Assembly: GCA_938005615.1 (NCBI GenBank)
Contig: CALLMV010000026.1
Span: 143-64,142, forward strand
Reading direction: 5' to 3'
Origin: an uncultured Verrucomicrobiae bacterium
GTDB taxonomy: Bacteria > Verrucomicrobiota > Verrucomicrobiia > JADLBR01 > CALLMV01
DNA length: 64,000 bases
Shown here: positions 18,852-27,701 of the stretch, piece after piece
How positions within the stretch are numbered: position 1 is the stretch's first letter
Layout: every line of letters begins with the position of its first letter
Translations under genes and position numbers: made by a program
The notes under the pieces: generated by a model
Seen by the model: only the letters and a program-made list of their open reading frames with translations
Database searches by the model: none
What the model was told of the DNA's origin: nothing

Positions 18852-19286
18852 ATGGCAGGTGGTGGTGGTGCAGCAGGTGGCGAGGGAGACTATGGTCTTC
18901 AAATCGCCCCCATGCTTGATGTGATGTTTGTGCTTCTTCTCTTTTTCATGGTCTCGATGGCCAATCAAGTCGTCGAAATGGAGCTCGGTATCAATGTCCC
19001 TTCACGGGGATTGCCCTCGCATCAAGACAAGCCCGCCACGCCCATTTTTATAAAAATTAACCCCTTGGGAGCTGTACTATATAACGACAGTCCCATTGCA
19101 GATCCCACGGATCGGGAACTGGCAGCCCTGCGCTTTCAACTCGAAGAAAACGTCAAAAACTTTGGTTCAGACAACACTCCCGTCATCATCGTACCCAGTG
19201 ATCGCGTCCCGCACCAAAGGGTCGTGGATGTGATGAACGCCGCAGCAGGCGCTGGCGTTACGAAACTCAGCTTTGGCAGCTCCTAA
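18852..19286 (+). CDS. exbD: ExbD/TolR family protein (second paralogue)
   Basis: LQIAPMLDVMFVLLLFFM TM helix, and VIIVPSDRVPHQRVVDVMNAA. Starts 1 nt after the previous stop. Confidence 0.85.
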   Translation: MAGGGGAAGGEGDYGLQIAPMLDVMFVLLLFFMVSMANQVVEMELGINVPSRGLPSHQDKPATPIFIKINPLGAVLYNDSPIADPTDRELAALRFQLEENVKNFGSDNTPVIIVPSDRVPHQRVVDVMNAAAGAGVTKLSFGSS

Positions 19287-19331
19287 CATGCAAGTCCCTC
19301 AAACCACATTGCACAAAATTATACAAACATC

Positions 19332-20582
19332 ATGCTGATCAAAATCAGAAATTTCGCCTCGAAAATAGTCGCCGCGCGCAACTTTGCGATATCAGTTGTT
19401 ATACACGTGGTATTGCTCGTGTTTTTATTTAGCGTCGTCGTTTACGAGGCAGTCCAACGCACCCAAGAATTTCAAACAACACTCATTTTGGGCGATGGGT
19501 TTGGCGGAGGCGGTGAGCCTCCCCCGCCCCCCTCAATGCCAGTCGATGCTCCTGATATGCAGGACTTGCAAGTCTTCTCCAGCGACGTCCCGCTTACAGA
19601 TCTTTTGACCGTTGATTCAGCCAGCGCGATCTCCTTCAACATCGCACCGCCCGTCATTCCCCCGCCTGATGCGATTCGCTCAGCAACAGCCGCAAACACT
19701 TCACCCACACTTTCTACTCCCAGCACCTCAGCGGGCATTTCTCGTGAACGTGCCAGCATGATTCGCGGGATGACTCAGGAATGGTTCCAGGGGCGCGGCA
19801 CCGGCAGCGGGGGCGCGCGCGGTATCGTGGCAGAATTTCCTATTTACGTAGGACGTACCGAGGCACCGGGCAGCGCGGCATTCGTCAGAATCAACCCACA
19901 AAACAACAGAGTCATCGGAGGTAGTGTACCTAATCTTGCTGAGATGATCCGCTTTATGTCAAACGGCCGCATCAAACCTCTAATTCAAGGCGAAATGATT
20001 CGCCTCTCTAGTGATGAGATTTTTAAGAAAAAACCTCCGTTTATTTTCCTCACCGGCCGAGGGGACTTCAAACTTACAGAGCAAGAAGTCAAAAACATGC
20101 AAGACTACCTCCTCATGGGAGGCTGCATCTGGGGTGATGCCGCCCTGCCAGGGCGCGGATCGAGCTTCGATATCGCCTTCCGCCGCGAGATGCGCCGCAT
20201 CGTGGGAGAAGGAGTCGACTTCCGGCCCCTGCCGCCCAACCATCCTGTGTATTCTAGCCAGTTCTTCCGCATGACGGGGCCTCCCGCTGGCATTAACTTT
20301 AAGCGTGAACCTGTGGAATCTCTCACTATTGATGGCATTGAGGCCGTCATCTACACAATGAACGGTTACGGTGCGATGTGGCAAATCATGCTGCGCGAAA
20401 ATGACTTTAACTCCATTGATACGACAGTGATGATCGCAAGCGATTCTGAATTTTGGGCTCGCAGAAATACCATATTCAGAAACTTAGACGAAAAAAGTCT
20501 TTTGGCCAGCTACCAACTCGGCATTAACATGGTGGCCTATTTGCTCACCAGATTTGAAAGTGCTCTACGATTCGCAAGGTAG
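19332..20582 (+). CDS. TonB-like membrane anchor with Pro-rich spacer, fused to a DUF4159-like C-terminal domain
   Basis: TM helix ISVVIHVVLLVFLF carries the S-x-x-x-H motif (compare E. coli TonB LSVCIH), followed by GGGGEPPPPPSMPVDAPD and PPVIPPPD. The C-terminal 200 aa or so (PPFIFLTGRGDFKLTEQEVKNMQDYLLMGGCIWGDA, NHPVYSSQFF, GINMVAYLLT) matches DUF4159 as I remember it. I see no TonB C-terminal domain. Confidence 0.65.
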   Translation: MLIKIRNFASKIVAARNFAISVVIHVVLLVFLFSVVVYEAVQRTQEFQTTLILGDGFGGGGEPPPPPSMPVDAPDMQDLQVFSSDVPLTDLLTVDSASAISFNIAPPVIPPPDAIRSATAANTSPTLSTPSTSAGISRERASMIRGMTQEWFQGRGTGSGGARGIVAEFPIYVGRTEAPGSAAFVRINPQNNRVIGGSVPNLAEMIRFMSNGRIKPLIQGEMIRLSSDEIFKKKPPFIFLTGRGDFKLTEQEVKNMQDYLLMGGCIWGDAALPGRGSSFDIAFRREMRRIVGEGVDFRPLPPNHPVYSSQFFRMTGPPAGINFKREPVESLTIDGIEAVIYTMNGYGAMWQIMLRENDFNSIDTTVMIASDSEFWARRNTIFRNLDEKSLLASYQLGINMVAYLLTRFESALRFAR

Positions 20583-20585
20583 GCT

Positions 20586-22238
20586 GTGATGAAAAACTGG
20601 TTATTTTCTACTGTAGCTTTTTTCCTGGCCTATACGTCGCACACGCGCCTTGAGGCACAGCAAAATCTTTTCCCAAGAGGTGATTTCAGCCAAGTCACGA
20701 CGGTTGATAACCTTTGGGACGGCGTTAACAGAAACAACCAAATCAATGTGCCCCCTGCCAGTAGAGAAACACCCCGGCAAAATGCGACGGTTAGCTCCCT
20801 GGCACACCCCGCATCTGCTGACCTGTTTGACATCACTAATGACGGGCTGCCTGACCTAGTTGTGGCCAGTCCCGAAGGGTATATCTGGGTTTTTAGAAAT
20901 TCAGGAGAGCCAGGTAAACCCAAGTTCACACGTGGCGAAATTATACCATTTTTAACATACCTCAGTAGCCGCTGGGGAACATCCATTGAAGCGGCTGTTT
21001 ACATCCCACGGATACACGTCACTAACTGGTCTTCAGGTACCTCACCCGACATTATTATTGGTACATTCTTTGGTGAAATATTCCGCGTGCCTGTCGCTAA
21101 CTCTGGCGGCAGGATTAGCTACAGGAATTTTGATCCCGCCCGCCAAGAGATCCGGCTTGCCTCCCAGCCCAATATCTACTTTATGAACCTTGCCGACCCC
21201 TTCGTCGTGGATTGGGATGGAGATGGCAAAAAGGACCTTATCGTTGGTGAAGGCTCCTTTTCAGCTAACACGGTTCTTTTCTTTAAAAATTTGGGCACAG
21301 ATGCCTCGCCACGTTTTGACATTGAGCAAATGGTGCAACTCATTGCTGCCAGAGGAAACGAACAGCTCAAACCCGCAGCCTTGGATTGGAACGGTGATGG
21401 CCGACTCGACCTGTTCGTCACGGACGAAAAAGGAGATGCAATCATTTACCTACGCAAAGCTGATGGCACCCTGGATGAGGGACGTCCAGTGCAAGCTGGT
21501 GGTCGCAACTTCGGCCCTATGGCCTCTGTCAAACCAGCAGATTTCAATGGAGATGGACTCTTTGACCTTATCATCGGAGGCTCCAACGGCCAAGTTCGTG
21601 TTGCACTCAACACCGGCACCAAAGAAGCGCCTGCGTTTGCTGCACCTACAAACATTATGGGTGAGGACTTTCTCATGCCCTACGAACGGCCCATCGGATG
21701 GAGCTTAAGAGCGCACCCACATACGACATACATCGTCTTAGATACATTTGACGACCCCAATAACACACAGTCCCCCAGCGCTAGCGGAGGAAAATGTCTG
21801 AGAATTTACTTTCTCGATCCTCAGAACGCAGTTGTCTCAGGTCAAATCTCACCCCAACCACAAAACCCGCAAACCGAGCTCCGAAGCTCTAGTAGCGTTC
21901 GCCTCGAACTAGGCAAAAGCTACGAAGTTTCTTTCAGGTATTCTTCTACAGGCTTCACTAGAATTAACTGGAGACTGCAGGGAAATATCATTTCTTCACA
22001 AAGAGGTGATGCAAATGTGACACGCCGTGGGGAAGTTAGGTCCGGCGGCGGCAATATCGGACTCGGACAAAGCGTCGTGCAAGGAGAATTGCGTAATTCA
22101 GGTTGGACATCAGTCCGGGAAACACTGCGCGTGCCAAACCCACAAAACGCTATGCCCAATGTGTCCCATGAACTTGAGTTTCGATTCACAGGGACAGGGA
22201 CATTTACGCTGGACGACATCGTTATCCGACCACTCTAA
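20586..22238 (+). CDS. secreted FG-GAP/VCBS-repeat protein with C-terminal beta-sandwich (CBM-like) region
   Basis: Signal peptide. Repeats DITNDGLPDLVVAS, DWDGDGKKDLIVGEG, DWNGDGRLDLFVTDE and DFNGDGLFDLIIGGS. The C-terminal 170 aa or so are beta-rich. Confidence 0.75.
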   Translation: MMKNWLFSTVAFFLAYTSHTRLEAQQNLFPRGDFSQVTTVDNLWDGVNRNNQINVPPASRETPRQNATVSSLAHPASADLFDITNDGLPDLVVASPEGYIWVFRNSGEPGKPKFTRGEIIPFLTYLSSRWGTSIEAAVYIPRIHVTNWSSGTSPDIIIGTFFGEIFRVPVANSGGRISYRNFDPARQEIRLASQPNIYFMNLADPFVVDWDGDGKKDLIVGEGSFSANTVLFFKNLGTDASPRFDIEQMVQLIAARGNEQLKPAALDWNGDGRLDLFVTDEKGDAIIYLRKADGTLDEGRPVQAGGRNFGPMASVKPADFNGDGLFDLIIGGSNGQVRVALNTGTKEAPAFAAPTNIMGEDFLMPYERPIGWSLRAHPHTTYIVLDTFDDPNNTQSPSASGGKCLRIYFLDPQNAVVSGQISPQPQNPQTELRSSSSVRLELGKSYEVSFRYSSTGFTRINWRLQGNIISSQRGDANVTRRGEVRSGGGNIGLGQSVVQGELRNSGWTSVRETLRVPNPQNAMPNVSHELEFRFTGTGTFTLDDIVIRPL

Positions 22239-22318
22239 ATTCTTACTACTCAGAATATTTCAAACAAAATGTTCAATACGTCAGAAATTTTGCAGTAATT
22301 CTATCCAAATTAATTTTA

Positions 22319-22334
22319 TGGCATAATACTTGCT
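22319..22334 (+). promoter_or_regulatory. sigma-54-type -24/-12 element (TGGCATAATACTTGCT) upstream of rpoN
   Basis: Fits TGGCACG-N4-TTGCW in the spacing and identity of the GG (22320-21) and GC (22332-33) dinucleotides. It lies about 30 nt upstream of the rpoN ATG. It overlaps a sigma-70-like pair, TTGCTG(22330-35)-N16-TATAAA(22352-57). Could be a chance match. Confidence 0.4.
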
Positions 22335-22363
22335 GTAACTCTTTGCTAAGCTATAAATAGCGC

Positions 22364-23764
22364 ATGGCGCGCATCAGCCTCACCCAGGCACAAACACAAC
22401 AGCAAATCTTTACCCCTCAGATGCAGCAGGCCTTGGCTATGCTACATGCACCTGCACTCGAACTTCGGGCTCTGATCCAGAAGGAGCTGGCACAAAACCC
22501 CGTATTGGAAGAGGAGCCTAATGAAGGCTACCCCCTGGCCCCAGAGGCCGATCCGCAAATAGACTCTCGCATCGAAGCTTTGAGACGCTTTGACGACGAC
22601 GCACGCACCCTCTACGCTGTCGAACGACACAATAAAAAAATCACCGAGGAAGATGAGGAAAAACGCCAATTCTTCTTCGACTCACTCACTGAGAGCGAAA
22701 CACTCGCCGAGCACCTGCGCCAGCAACTCGTCACGTCCACCCACGATCCGGAAATTCGCCGAGCTGGGGAGTTCATCATCGGCAACCTTGATGAAGATGG
22801 CTACCTGCGCGCCACCCTTCAGGAAGTGGCAAACGACGCCAAAATCCCCCTCGAAAAAGCAGAAAAAACACTTTTTTTGATACAAACTTTTCATCCCCCC
22901 GGAGTTGCGGCCCGAAATTTGCAAGAATGTTTACTTGTGCAACTCGACAGACTCGGCAAAAGCGAAACACTAGAAGCAGCCATCGTAGCCCACCACATGG
23001 ACGACCTTGGCCACCATCGTTTTCAACACATCGCCAAATCACTCGGCGTGAGCCAAGAAGAAGTAAAGAAAGCCGCGCAATACATAGCCAAGCTCGACCC
23101 ACGCCCCGGCCGACCATTCCATAAAGAGCAACCCGGGCACTACGTCATACCTGAAGTTTTTGTAACCAAAGACGAAGAAGGCCGCTGGCGGGTCAGCATT
23201 AACGATGAAGGCTTGCCTCGTCTGCGAATTAACAACGAATACAAAGACCTCCTTACCGAGTCCTCCCAAAATGCCGAAACCCGAGCGTACCTGCGTGAAA
23301 AAATCCGAAGCGGCAAATCCCTCATCCAGCATCTTAACCAGCGCCAGGAAACTATTCGTAAAATCGCAACGGAAATTTTTCGCCGTCAGGAAGATTTTCT
23401 TGAGCACGGCATCAGTCATTTACGCCCGCTCACACTCGCGGAGGTCGCCGCAGCGATTGGCGTACACGAGACAACCGTCAGCCGCGCAATCGCCAACAAA
23501 TACGTCCAAACTCCGCAAGGTCTTTACGACCTAAAGTTTTTCTTCACGCCAGGATATCGCACCGCCGAGGGTGATATCTCCAACACCACCGTCAAAGAAA
23601 TGCTGGCCGAAATCATCGCCGCCGAAGACCCCCGCAAGCCTCTGTCCGACGAAAAAATTGTTAAAATCTTTGCTGATAAAGGTATTCATCTAGCACGCAG
23701 GACAGTAGCCAAGTACCGTGCAGAACTCAAAATTCTACCTACTTCTTTGCGCCGCAAGAGATGA
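22364..23764 (+). CDS. rpoN: RNA polymerase sigma-54 factor
   Basis: Q-rich region I (LTQAQTQQQIFTPQMQQALAMLH), core-binding region, a HTH (LTLAEVAAAIGVHETTVSRAI) and an RpoN-box-like segment (ARRTVAKYR). Confidence 0.95.
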   Translation: MARISLTQAQTQQQIFTPQMQQALAMLHAPALELRALIQKELAQNPVLEEEPNEGYPLAPEADPQIDSRIEALRRFDDDARTLYAVERHNKKITEEDEEKRQFFFDSLTESETLAEHLRQQLVTSTHDPEIRRAGEFIIGNLDEDGYLRATLQEVANDAKIPLEKAEKTLFLIQTFHPPGVAARNLQECLLVQLDRLGKSETLEAAIVAHHMDDLGHHRFQHIAKSLGVSQEEVKKAAQYIAKLDPRPGRPFHKEQPGHYVIPEVFVTKDEEGRWRVSINDEGLPRLRINNEYKDLLTESSQNAETRAYLREKIRSGKSLIQHLNQRQETIRKIATEIFRRQEDFLEHGISHLRPLTLAEVAAAIGVHETTVSRAIANKYVQTPQGLYDLKFFFTPGYRTAEGDISNTTVKEMLAEIIAAEDPRKPLSDEKIVKIFADKGIHLARRTVAKYRAELKILPTSLRRKR

Positions 23765-23806
23765 TCTGCAAGTTTTTCAAATATTTTGCAAAGATCAACC
23801 TCGAGT

Positions 23807-24634
23807 TTAATCGGAAAAGACAAACAGCTTTTTGTATAGCTCAACCCATGTGGAAACGCTAATTTCTTGGGGTCGCATATCGGAGGAAAAACCCTCTATT
23901 TGTGCTAATATGCCTGGAGGCGTAGGAAACCTTTTTATAAAGTGACTGATTTTTTTGCGTCTATTTGTAAAAGCCGAACGAACGAATCGGGCATAACTAA
24001 CACGTTCTTTTGGGGGCTTTAAAAAATCTGGCAGCGGCAAGGATTCAGCCACGATGATAGCGGATTCCACTTGTGGTGCCGGGTAAAACACATGACGACT
24101 GACCCGCCGAGTAGCTAAAATATTAGCAAAAGTCTGAAATACGATGCTAGCCGCTCCGTAGTTCTGAGTGAAGGGTACTGCACGAACCCGCTCTGCCAGC
24201 TCTTTCTGTACCATCCAAACCATTCTCCTAGGAATGTTTTCTTTGCAGATGAGTGTCTCTATCATTAAGGGTATTGCGATATTGTAAGGCAAGTTTCCGA
24301 GCACGATGCGATGCCCATCTAGGGTCTCAGGCAACGTCTTGAGTGCATTGCCTCTGACTACACATAAACTACGCGAAGAAAATTTTTCCATTAAATAATC
24401 GGACAGGCCGTTGTCTATTTCCAGTGCCGTGACGCAGGCCCCCGCATCGAGCAGGTAACTAGTCAGCGCGCCTAATCCAGGTCCGATTTCTAAGACGCGA
24501 TCCTGCGCTTCGATAGCGGCAGCAGCCACAATCCAACGAGCTAGGTTTTCATCGTGGAGAAAGTTCTGACCAAATTTTTTGTTGGGGGCAAGCCGACGAT
24601 CACGCAGTGTGGCCAGAATTTCAGTGATGCTCAT
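23807..24634 (-). CDS. rsmA: 16S rRNA (adenine1518-N6/adenine1519-N6)-dimethyltransferase
   Basis: KKFGQNFLHD, VLEIGPGLGALT (SAM motif), GNLPYNI. Confidence 0.9.
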   Translation of the reverse strand: MSITEILATLRDRRLAPNKKFGQNFLHDENLARWIVAAAAIEAQDRVLEIGPGLGALTSYLLDAGACVTALEIDNGLSDYLMEKFSSRSLCVVRGNALKTLPETLDGHRIVLGNLPYNIAIPLMIETLICKENIPRRMVWMVQKELAERVRAVPFTQNYGAASIVFQTFANILATRRVSRHVFYPAPQVESAIIVAESLPLPDFLKPPKERVSYARFVRSAFTNRRKKISHFIKRFPTPPGILAQIEGFSSDMRPQEISVSTWVELYKKLFVFSD

Positions 24635-24646
24635 CGGGGAATCTTC

Positions 24647-25891
24647 TCAACCTAGAAGGCGTCTCCAAGCTTCCAGCCCAACTCTTTTGGAAAAGAATTT
24701 ATGATACTTTTCACGAACGTGTATTTGCCAGGCTTTCAGGCGTTCAGGGCGAAGGAGGATTTGGCGCAAAGCTTCGACGACGCTATCCAGGTTTTTGTCG
24801 TTAATGACCCAGCCGAGGTCGTGCCTATGGCAAAGCATGGCAATACTCGAATTCTCAGGTACGGCTGCAATCACTGGCCGTCCCATCGCCAGAGCAGAGA
24901 AAAATTTGGATGGCACCACAATACCTGACCACTGCGATTTGATGCTCACGAGATGGAAATCCGCGGCCGCCAGGCGTGTGAGGTAGTTATCACCAGGTTC
25001 ATAATCTAAGCACTTCACAGGCCAAGAGTTCATCGTTACTTTACTGTGGAATTGAATGTAGGCCGGGCCGTGAGAGCAAAAGGCCACGCAGAAGTCCTGC
25101 CCTGTGAGCGCAAGGCTGGCTGCCAATCTGGCAAAAATACCTACCTCATGAGCTCGTCCGAGTGCACCAGAGTACAACAAAGCGATGCGTGCCCGGCCAA
25201 AAATTTCTCGGCGTGTACGTTCTGCTTCGGGGCTGCGTTCGATACTTTCAGGTTCGTATGGTGCCCAGGGGGGGATAGTTACCAAGCTTTGTCCCGAGCG
25301 TCGAAAGTTCATCTTGCGCCTCATGCACTCGCCCAGATCCACGATGGCGTCCATCTTACTGAAACTCCATGAATTTAGTACGCGTGCAATTTTCGTTTTG
25401 AAGCTTGTTTCCGAAGAAAGTCCCTCTGCGATTACAGCATCCGGGTAAAGATCCATCGACCAAAGAATATTTTTTTCTGCTTTGCCGAAGACTTTTAGTA
25501 ACGCAGCCAGCCACGATGAAAATGGCGGATCGGTGCCGGTAATAAAGACATCGGCTTTTGGCAGATAAAGTATCTTGAGCAGCCACTTAAACAAAAGAAC
25601 AAAACCTGCAATGAGACGTCTTAGGCCGCCTTTGCGAAAATCCGATCCCCCACGCAGGCGGTAAAAACTGACCCCGCGATGGCTTTCTGATTTGCGCAGC
25701 TCTGGCAGTCTTAGCATGTAATGCTCACGGGCAGTGAGAACAGTCACCCGACATCCTAAATCCGCCAGATGAAATGCCAGATCGGAAAATAACCGGGCAG
25801 TCGGGCTTTCGTCAGGCCACATGTAATGATGAGCTATAACAACATGCGGCCGTCGCTGCTCCGTTGAATTAGTTACTGGCCCGACAGTCAT
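24647..25891 (-). CDS. glycosyltransferase (GT-B fold, GT4-like)
   Basis: 414 aa. N-terminal Rossmann-like half (VVIAHHYMWPDESPTARLFSDLA) and a C-terminal half with GT1/GT4-like features. There is a 4-nt overlap with pyrD upstream. Confidence 0.7.
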   Translation of the reverse strand: MTVGPVTNSTEQRRPHVVIAHHYMWPDESPTARLFSDLAFHLADLGCRVTVLTAREHYMLRLPELRKSESHRGVSFYRLRGGSDFRKGGLRRLIAGFVLLFKWLLKILYLPKADVFITGTDPPFSSWLAALLKVFGKAEKNILWSMDLYPDAVIAEGLSSETSFKTKIARVLNSWSFSKMDAIVDLGECMRRKMNFRRSGQSLVTIPPWAPYEPESIERSPEAERTRREIFGRARIALLYSGALGRAHEVGIFARLAASLALTGQDFCVAFCSHGPAYIQFHSKVTMNSWPVKCLDYEPGDNYLTRLAAADFHLVSIKSQWSGIVVPSKFFSALAMGRPVIAAVPENSSIAMLCHRHDLGWVINDKNLDSVVEALRQILLRPERLKAWQIHVREKYHKFFSKRVGLEAWRRLLG

Positions 25892-26973
25892 CTGAGATTT
25901 TTAAGAATTTTTCTTACAACACTTGGGCCTGAATAAACCAGTGTAGTGTAAATTTCCAGCATGTCTGAGCCTGCTTCACGCATTTTGTTGGCGCAGTGCT
26001 CGCAACTTATTCCTCCGCATCCTATCACAGGGAAATCTGCAGGCAGAACGGCGCGTATTGTCCGCACGGTTTGCAGAGATTTTTCTAAAAGGGGAGCACC
26101 ACTCAAGCCACCAGTGATATTTGGGTTTGTCGCACTCTTTTCGTTTAAAGCTCGTAGATCAGTCGTAGTGTTGGTTGCTACGATTGCGTCTGCTCCAATT
26201 TCAGCAATGGCTTTAGCAATCGCAGCTAATTCAGTCTGCTCAATATCCGGAGAGATTTTGACCCACAAAGGTGGACGACGTGGATCAATTTCTTGAACTG
26301 AACTCTTTTTTTCCCGTGTAAGTTTGTCCCTTGCAGCAATGATTTCTTTAAGCAGGCTGGTAATGTTTGAGGTTTTTTGTAATTCCCGCAGGCCTTTAGT
26401 ATTTGGTGAGCTGACGTTGATGACAAAAAAATCCGCATAATTCCACGTCGTGCGCATTACAGAAATGTAATCCCGGGCAGCAAATTCAAGAGTTGTGGAT
26501 TTTTGCTTGCCGCAATTTACGCCAATCAGCATTCCATTGCCTAGCGGATGCGTCAGGCGCCACTTAGCCAGACGTGAGGCGATCTTTTCCGCCCCATCGT
26601 TGGGGAAACCCATCGCATTGACTAAGGCACGTTGCCGGGGAAAACGCCATACACGGGGTCTCAAGTTACCCGGTTGAGGAAGCGGTGTGACTGTGCCAAC
26701 TTCCACGAAGCCAAATCCTATTTGCTCCCATCCTGCTAGGGCTATTGCGTTCTTATCCGCGCCCGCTGCTAGACCGAGGCGGTTGCGAAAAAGAAGGTTG
26801 TTGATTTTGAGTGGGGTGTTTGAGTCATCGAAGACTTGACCTTCATCTTTCGATAGGAGGCGGATCAGCCAAGGCTGTGATAGTGCTTTAAGAGCAAGAT
26901 TGTGTGATAACTCTGGGTCTAGACAAAAGAGCAGCGGTCGCAAAATGCTATAAACGTTCATCGCAAGGCGCAT
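25888..26973 (-). CDS. pyrD: dihydroorotate dehydrogenase (quinone), class 2
   Basis: N-terminal membrane-association helix region (LRPLLFCLDPELSHNLAL), NRLGLAAGADKN, FVEVGTVTP, NVSSPNT, GGLSG, IGCGGI. Confidence 0.95.
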   Translation of the reverse strand: MRLAMNVYSILRPLLFCLDPELSHNLALKALSQPWLIRLLSKDEGQVFDDSNTPLKINNLLFRNRLGLAAGADKNAIALAGWEQIGFGFVEVGTVTPLPQPGNLRPRVWRFPRQRALVNAMGFPNDGAEKIASRLAKWRLTHPLGNGMLIGVNCGKQKSTTLEFAARDYISVMRTTWNYADFFVINVSSPNTKGLRELQKTSNITSLLKEIIAARDKLTREKKSSVQEIDPRRPPLWVKISPDIEQTELAAIAKAIAEIGADAIVATNTTTDLRALNEKSATNPNITGGLSGAPLLEKSLQTVRTIRAVLPADFPVIGCGGISCEHCANKMREAGSDMLEIYTTLVYSGPSVVRKILKNLR

Positions 26974-27079
26974 CCTTTACGCACCGTTCGGATGGTGCAA
27001 ATAAAATTTTGTACAAGTTGCAGTAAAATCCATTTCTCGATTTGAGCCTTTAATATCACTCAGATTACCCAAACAGGGT

Positions 27080-27125
27080 ATGAAGCCATCATACTCAAAG
27101 TAATGAAGCCATCATACTCAAAGTA
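27080..27125. repeat. perfect tandem duplication of a 23-mer (ATGAAGCCATCATACTCAAAGTA x2)
   Basis: Read directly: 27080-27102 is identical to 27103-27125. It lies inside the AT-rich ORF-free interval 26974-27701. Confidence 0.9.
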
Positions 27126-27701
27126 ACATAGAATCATAACTATACAGAGAGTGATAAGTAAAATATTGTTTTAAAGATTTGCTTGATTTTCTGTCTCCTA
27201 GTCATTTTTTTACAGACTATCAAAAATAAAAAGTTAAAAAATGATAGCATTTTTTATCTAATTTCTTGAGAAATAAGCATGGTATAGTTGTTTTTGAATA
27301 GGATCATTTTTTTATTAATTTCAGCCTGATTTATCTTTTTGCAAGCAGCTCTTTCTTCCGGTAAAGCCAAAACATAAAATACCGTGCCGTGCAATCGGCT
27401 CCATCAGGCTTGCTGAGAAGTTTGTTTGTTGCTCCATTTTTAAACAAAGTGATATGGCGTTTAATTCAACATTTGATTTATATTTTAATTCATTTACCTA
27501 TAACTTTGATTTCGAAATCTTTGATAACATTAACTTTTTGTTTTGCTTATGATGATCTATGCGATTTGTTGCCCGAAACGGGCTTAGATGATAAGTTCGT
27601 TCTTTTAATATAAAAAATGCGTCACTGAAGCAAATGACTTAAAACGTGACAGTAAAAAAGAAATCATCAGTTGATTTTATAAAAAATTCAAAAATAAAAT
27701 T

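Noticed and set aside
23763-23796. An imperfect inverted repeat (GATCTGCAA ... TTGCAAAGATC) between the convergent rpoN and rsmA genes, considered as a bidirectional terminator.
   Set aside because: The stem is AT-rich and bulged, the loop is large, and there is no clean U-tract on either strand. Too weak to call.
27389-27613. A 74-aa ORF on the plus strand inside the AT-rich island.
   Set aside because: It has a non-ATG start and no ribosome-binding context. Its composition is Leu/Ile/Phe-rich, as expected from translating AT-rich DNA. It has no recognisable family. Probably non-coding.
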